From a virus (lineage: Duplodnaviria; Heunggongvirae; Uroviricota; Caudoviricetes), in IMG/VR virus record IMGVR_UViG_3300023213_000338: 35,862 nucleotides of DNA; one strand, 5' to 3'. This document shows positions 32,913 to 35,862 of this stretch, piece by piece. Made by a program: the position numbers and the translations under genes. A model generated the notes under the pieces. That model saw only the letters and a list, made by a program, of their open reading frames with translations, was not told the origin of the DNA and made no database searches. How positions within the stretch are numbered: the first letter of the stretch is position 1; every line of letters starts with the position of its first letter.

Positions 32913-33964
32913 TGAGAATACTTGTAACTGGTGGTGTAGGATTTTTAGGAACTAATATTTGTTTAGAAGCTGTGGTTCGGGGACACGAAGCGATAGCTTT
33001 TGATAATTTGGTTAGAAATAATACAGAAGAGAATATCTCCGTTCTTGAAAAAGTCGGAGTTAAGTTAATTAGAGGAGACATTAGGAATAAAATTGATTTT
33101 GACAAGTTGCCTTTTTACCCAGATGCAATCATACATTTGGCAGCTCAACCAGGAATTCCTTATTCTATAGAATCTCCATTCTATGACTTCCAAGTAAATG
33201 TCTTAGGAACATTAAACGTTTTGGAGTACGCTCGTTTACATGGGAAAATTCCAGTAATTTTTGCCTCTAGTAATAAGGTTTATACGGACATTGTTAATGA
33301 TTTGACTCTGATGGAAACAGATACGAGATATGTTTGGGCTTTTGGAGAATATGTAGATGCTTCTCCTACTCCAGAACTGTTTTTTGGAGTTTCAAAAAAG
33401 GGGTTAAATGAAAATATACCTTTAGATGCTTTTGGTAAATATAGTAGGTCGCCCTATGGAGCTGCAAAGATTAGTATGGATCTTTATTGTCAAGAATATT
33501 ATCAATGTTTTCAGCTTCCTACGGTTATTAATAGAATGGGTGCTGTTTATGGTTATTATCAAAAAGGAGTAGAAGAACAAGCTTGGACTTCTTTTTTTAT
33601 CAATCAAATTGCATATGGAGATGGTAGGCTTAATATTTTTGGAAATGGGAAGCAAGTAAGAGATATGCTTTGGGGAGAAGATTGTGCCAAGTTGTATCTT
33701 GATGAATTAGAAAATATAGATAAGGTTAAAGGACAGGTTTATAATATTGGAGGAGGAGAAAATAATACCATGTCCCTTCTTGAAGCTGTTGCTTTTATTG
33801 AAAAAGAAACTGGAAAGAAAGCAAGTTTGACTTTTCATTCAGAAAGACATGCCGATCAAAGAATTTGGATTACAGATTGCACAAAAATCAAAAATGAATT
33901 AGGTTGGAAGCCAAAAGTTTCGCCTGAAGAAGGAATTAAATTGATATTAGAAAATAAGCGATGA
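32912..33964 (+). CDS. NAD-dependent NDP-sugar epimerase, CDP-paratose 2-epimerase (tyvelose epimerase)-like
   Basis: ILVTGGVGFLG, DNL.R, HLAAQ, SSNKVY, SPYGAAK, NRM...YG, GNGKQVRD and NIGGG..NT.SLLE. Confidence 0.85.
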   Translation: MRILVTGGVGFLGTNICLEAVVRGHEAIAFDNLVRNNTEENISVLEKVGVKLIRGDIRNKIDFDKLPFYPDAIIHLAAQPGIPYSIESPFYDFQVNVLGTLNVLEYARLHGKIPVIFASSNKVYTDIVNDLTLMETDTRYVWAFGEYVDASPTPELFFGVSKKGLNENIPLDAFGKYSRSPYGAAKISMDLYCQEYYQCFQLPTVINRMGAVYGYYQKGVEEQAWTSFFINQIAYGDGRLNIFGNGKQVRDMLWGEDCAKLYLDELENIDKVKGQVYNIGGGENNTMSLLEAVAFIEKETGKKASLTFHSERHADQRIWITDCTKIKNELGWKPKVSPEEGIKLILENKR

Positions 33965-34686
33965 TTTTAGCGATTTTGACTAACTATCGAGAACCTCAAT
34001 ATATACATCGTTGTATAAAATCTATTCGTAAGGAATACAATGGAGACATACACCTTATGATTAGTGGCAAAAGAGACGATTATTTAGAGTCTTATAAAAA
34101 AGGTTTTATTAGACATTATGTTAAAGAGGAAGGATTAATTAAGAATTGGCAAAAAGCTTGCAAGGGATACGCTTCTTGTATCGCTTTAGGCAAAAAGGAG
34201 GGAGTGTTGGTGATTGAAGATGATACGGCTTTAGTTACAGGATGGTATCAATTATTTACAGATTATTTGGTTACAATAAAAGATCAAAAGTTTGTTTTAA
34301 GCTTAGGAGATCCAGTTAAAGGAAGCGTTATTGAGCCTAGCGTAACGATTCCTTCTCTGCAAATGTTCTTATACAGAGTAAACTTAATGCCGCCCACTAT
34401 TCCTGGACATTTACCTGATGCTTTAGTTATTTGTTGGCATGATTCCCATGCTGTTTATTTCCCCCCAAGCTTGGATATAAAAGATTTATCAAATTTTGTA
34501 GAGTATTTTGGAACTAAAAAAACTTCTATGCATGACCTTATCGTTGGATATTATCTATACAGAAAACTTATTCCTATTTGGATAACAGTTCCAAAGCTTG
34601 CCATTAATATCGGAGCGTATCATACTTCTGTTGGCCCAATACCAAATGTTAATAAAGATTATTCAGATTGGGATTACGCGAAATGA
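33961..34686 (+). CDS. Putative GT-A glycosyltransferase (paralog A)
   Basis: LT..R.P.YIHRCI..I and GVLVIEDD (acidic metal-binding-like motif). Near-duplicate of the next ORF. Confidence 0.5.
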   Translation: MILAILTNYREPQYIHRCIKSIRKEYNGDIHLMISGKRDDYLESYKKGFIRHYVKEEGLIKNWQKACKGYASCIALGKKEGVLVIEDDTALVTGWYQLFTDYLVTIKDQKFVLSLGDPVKGSVIEPSVTIPSLQMFLYRVNLMPPTIPGHLPDALVICWHDSHAVYFPPSLDIKDLSNFVEYFGTKKTSMHDLIVGYYLYRKLIPIWITVPKLAINIGAYHTSVGPIPNVNKDYSDWDYAK

Positions 34687-35432
34687 TTATAGTCGTGCTT
34701 ACTAATAATAGAAAACCAAATTATATCCACCGTTGCATTAGGGATATAAGACGAGACTATAAAGGAACAATTCACTTAATGATTTCAGGCAAAGAAGATT
34801 CCTATCTTAAAAAATATACCAAAGGATTTATGAAGCATTATAGTAATGAGGAAGGACTTACTAAGTCTTGGAATAAGGCATGTAGGGGTTATGCAAATTG
34901 TCTTGCCTTGGGTAAGGATGAAGGAGTTCTTGTAATAGAAGACGACACAGGATTTAAAGAAGGTTGGTATAAGCAGTTTCTAAAAGATAAAGAGGTTATT
35001 GACACTGAAATTAAACAGAAACGCTACATTCTAAGCCTTGGTAAAGCTTTAGATGGAAGTATCGTAAACCCTGGAGAGCAAACGCCTCAAGTACAAGTAT
35101 TTCTCTATAGAGTTAATCTAATGCAAAATCCTAAAGGTTTAAATGAGCCTCCAATCGCTTTTATTATTTGCTGGTTTGATTCCCATGCTGTTTATTTCCC
35201 TCCTGATATTCCTTTTGACGATCTTGTAGCCTTTATAAACAAATATGGAGTAGAGTTTAATTCCATGCATGATATACTAATCGGTTATTATATGTTTAGA
35301 AAATTCATTCCAATCTATATTGCTCAACCATATCTTGCTTTAAACATTGGAGCACATAATACTTCAGTTGGAGAGATTACTGACAGAAATGATACCGAAA
35401 TGACAAAGTGGAATTTTGAGAAAGAAATATGA
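34683..35432 (+). CDS. Putative GT-A glycosyltransferase (paralog B)
   Basis: ATG 34683 overlaps the upstream stop. Shares YIHRCI, IHLMISG, EGVLVIEDD, SHAVYFPP, MHD and NIGA.HTSVG with the upstream ORF. Confidence 0.5.
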   Translation: MIIVVLTNNRKPNYIHRCIRDIRRDYKGTIHLMISGKEDSYLKKYTKGFMKHYSNEEGLTKSWNKACRGYANCLALGKDEGVLVIEDDTGFKEGWYKQFLKDKEVIDTEIKQKRYILSLGKALDGSIVNPGEQTPQVQVFLYRVNLMQNPKGLNEPPIAFIICWFDSHAVYFPPDIPFDDLVAFINKYGVEFNSMHDILIGYYMFRKFIPIYIAQPYLALNIGAHNTSVGEITDRNDTEMTKWNFEKEI

Positions 35433-35862
35433 ATCTTGAAGAATTAGTGCGAATTGTTCTTGAAAATAGAGAGAAAATAGATTTTAATAAAATTTATCCT
35501 TATTTATCTCTTGTTCCAGAAGATATCAAATCCTATGTATTTGATTTATCTCAAGTTGGAAAAGCTGGCTATTATCTGTTTTTAGCTTCCCTTATGCAAA
35601 TAATAAAACCTAAACAGGTAGTTGAACTTGGAGGATCAAATGGATTGTCCGCTCTTTTTATGCTTTCTATGCTTGAAAAAGATTCAAGATTGTATAGCAT
35701 TTCCTTGCCTGACCCTGGGCAAGATTTTGCTTGGATTCAGCCGAGAGGATATGTTAATTTAAATATTGTTAGAGGAGATGACTTAAATTTAAATAATTGG
35801 CCTGAAGGATTGGATTTATCAGCAACTGATTTTTGGTTTATAGATACCAGTCATACGAAAGA
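35429..35862 (+). CDS. Class I SAM-dependent methyltransferase (3'-partial); absent from ORF track
   Basis: ATG 35429 overlaps the upstream stop and the frame is open to the window end: ...IKPKQVVELGGSNGLSALFM...VRGDDL...DFWFIDTSH. Confidence 0.75.
   Translation, partial: MNLEELVRIVLENREKIDFNKIYPYLSLVPEDIKSYVFDLSQVGKAGYYLFLASLMQIIKPKQVVELGGSNGLSALFMLSMLEKDSRLYSISLPDPGQDFAWIQPRGYVNLNIVRGDDLNLNNWPEGLDLSATDFWFIDTSHTK

Noticed and set aside
371-33655. The many 60-132 aa minus-strand and nested ORFs in the track
   Set aside because: All overlap longer supported + strand genes and show antisense-type composition without SDs or motifs.
17571-35862. Serotype-conversion (gtrABC) or captured host O-antigen locus
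   Set aside because: No flippase, polymerase, ABC transporter or multi-TM GT is visible, and the genes are interleaved with phage-type small ORFs. Not fully excluded because the island continues beyond the window.
1-35862. Host assignment (e.g. CPR/Patescibacteria or Firmicutes)
   Set aside because: Low GC, sigma70 promoters and mixed SD/leaderless starts fit several hosts. No host marker or attachment site is present.

Overview
AT-rich fragment of a tailed dsDNA phage or prophage, almost entirely + strand. No host genes, integrase or genome ends are visible, and the host cannot be assigned. Order: (i) 1-5462, accessory/early genes: a repeat-containing DUF6745-like protein and its usual partner, a degenerate tRNA-like element, a C5 DNA methyltransferase, two ribbon-helix-helix proteins and a RelA/SpoT-type HD hydrolase. 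(ii) 5462-17510, packaging and head module: TerS; a TerL that carries a LAGLIDADG intein and is split into two cistrons by an intron-less HNH gene; portal; scaffold; and an SU10/DUF5309-like major capsid gene interrupted by a compact, fully traceable group I intron with an HNH gene in loop L1. (iii) 17571-35862, a >18 kb glycosylation island directly after the head genes and running off the window: about 9 glycosyltransferase ORFs (including a GT2-TPR-GT4 protein-glycosyltransferase-like fusion), a DegT aminotransferase, an RmlD-like reductase, an NDP-sugar C-methyltransferase, a tyvelose-type epimerase and SAM methyltransferases. It is interleaved with small Ser/Thr/Gly-rich virion-like genes and an antisense HNH. 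The most interesting items are this putative virion-glycosylation system, an unannotated 43-aa ORF that copies the capsid N-terminus, the intron-less split terminase, the L1-HNH capsid intron, a recurring promoter-hairpin-U-tract-ATG leader, and several apparent point lesions. All family calls come from motif recognition by eye; no database searches were run.
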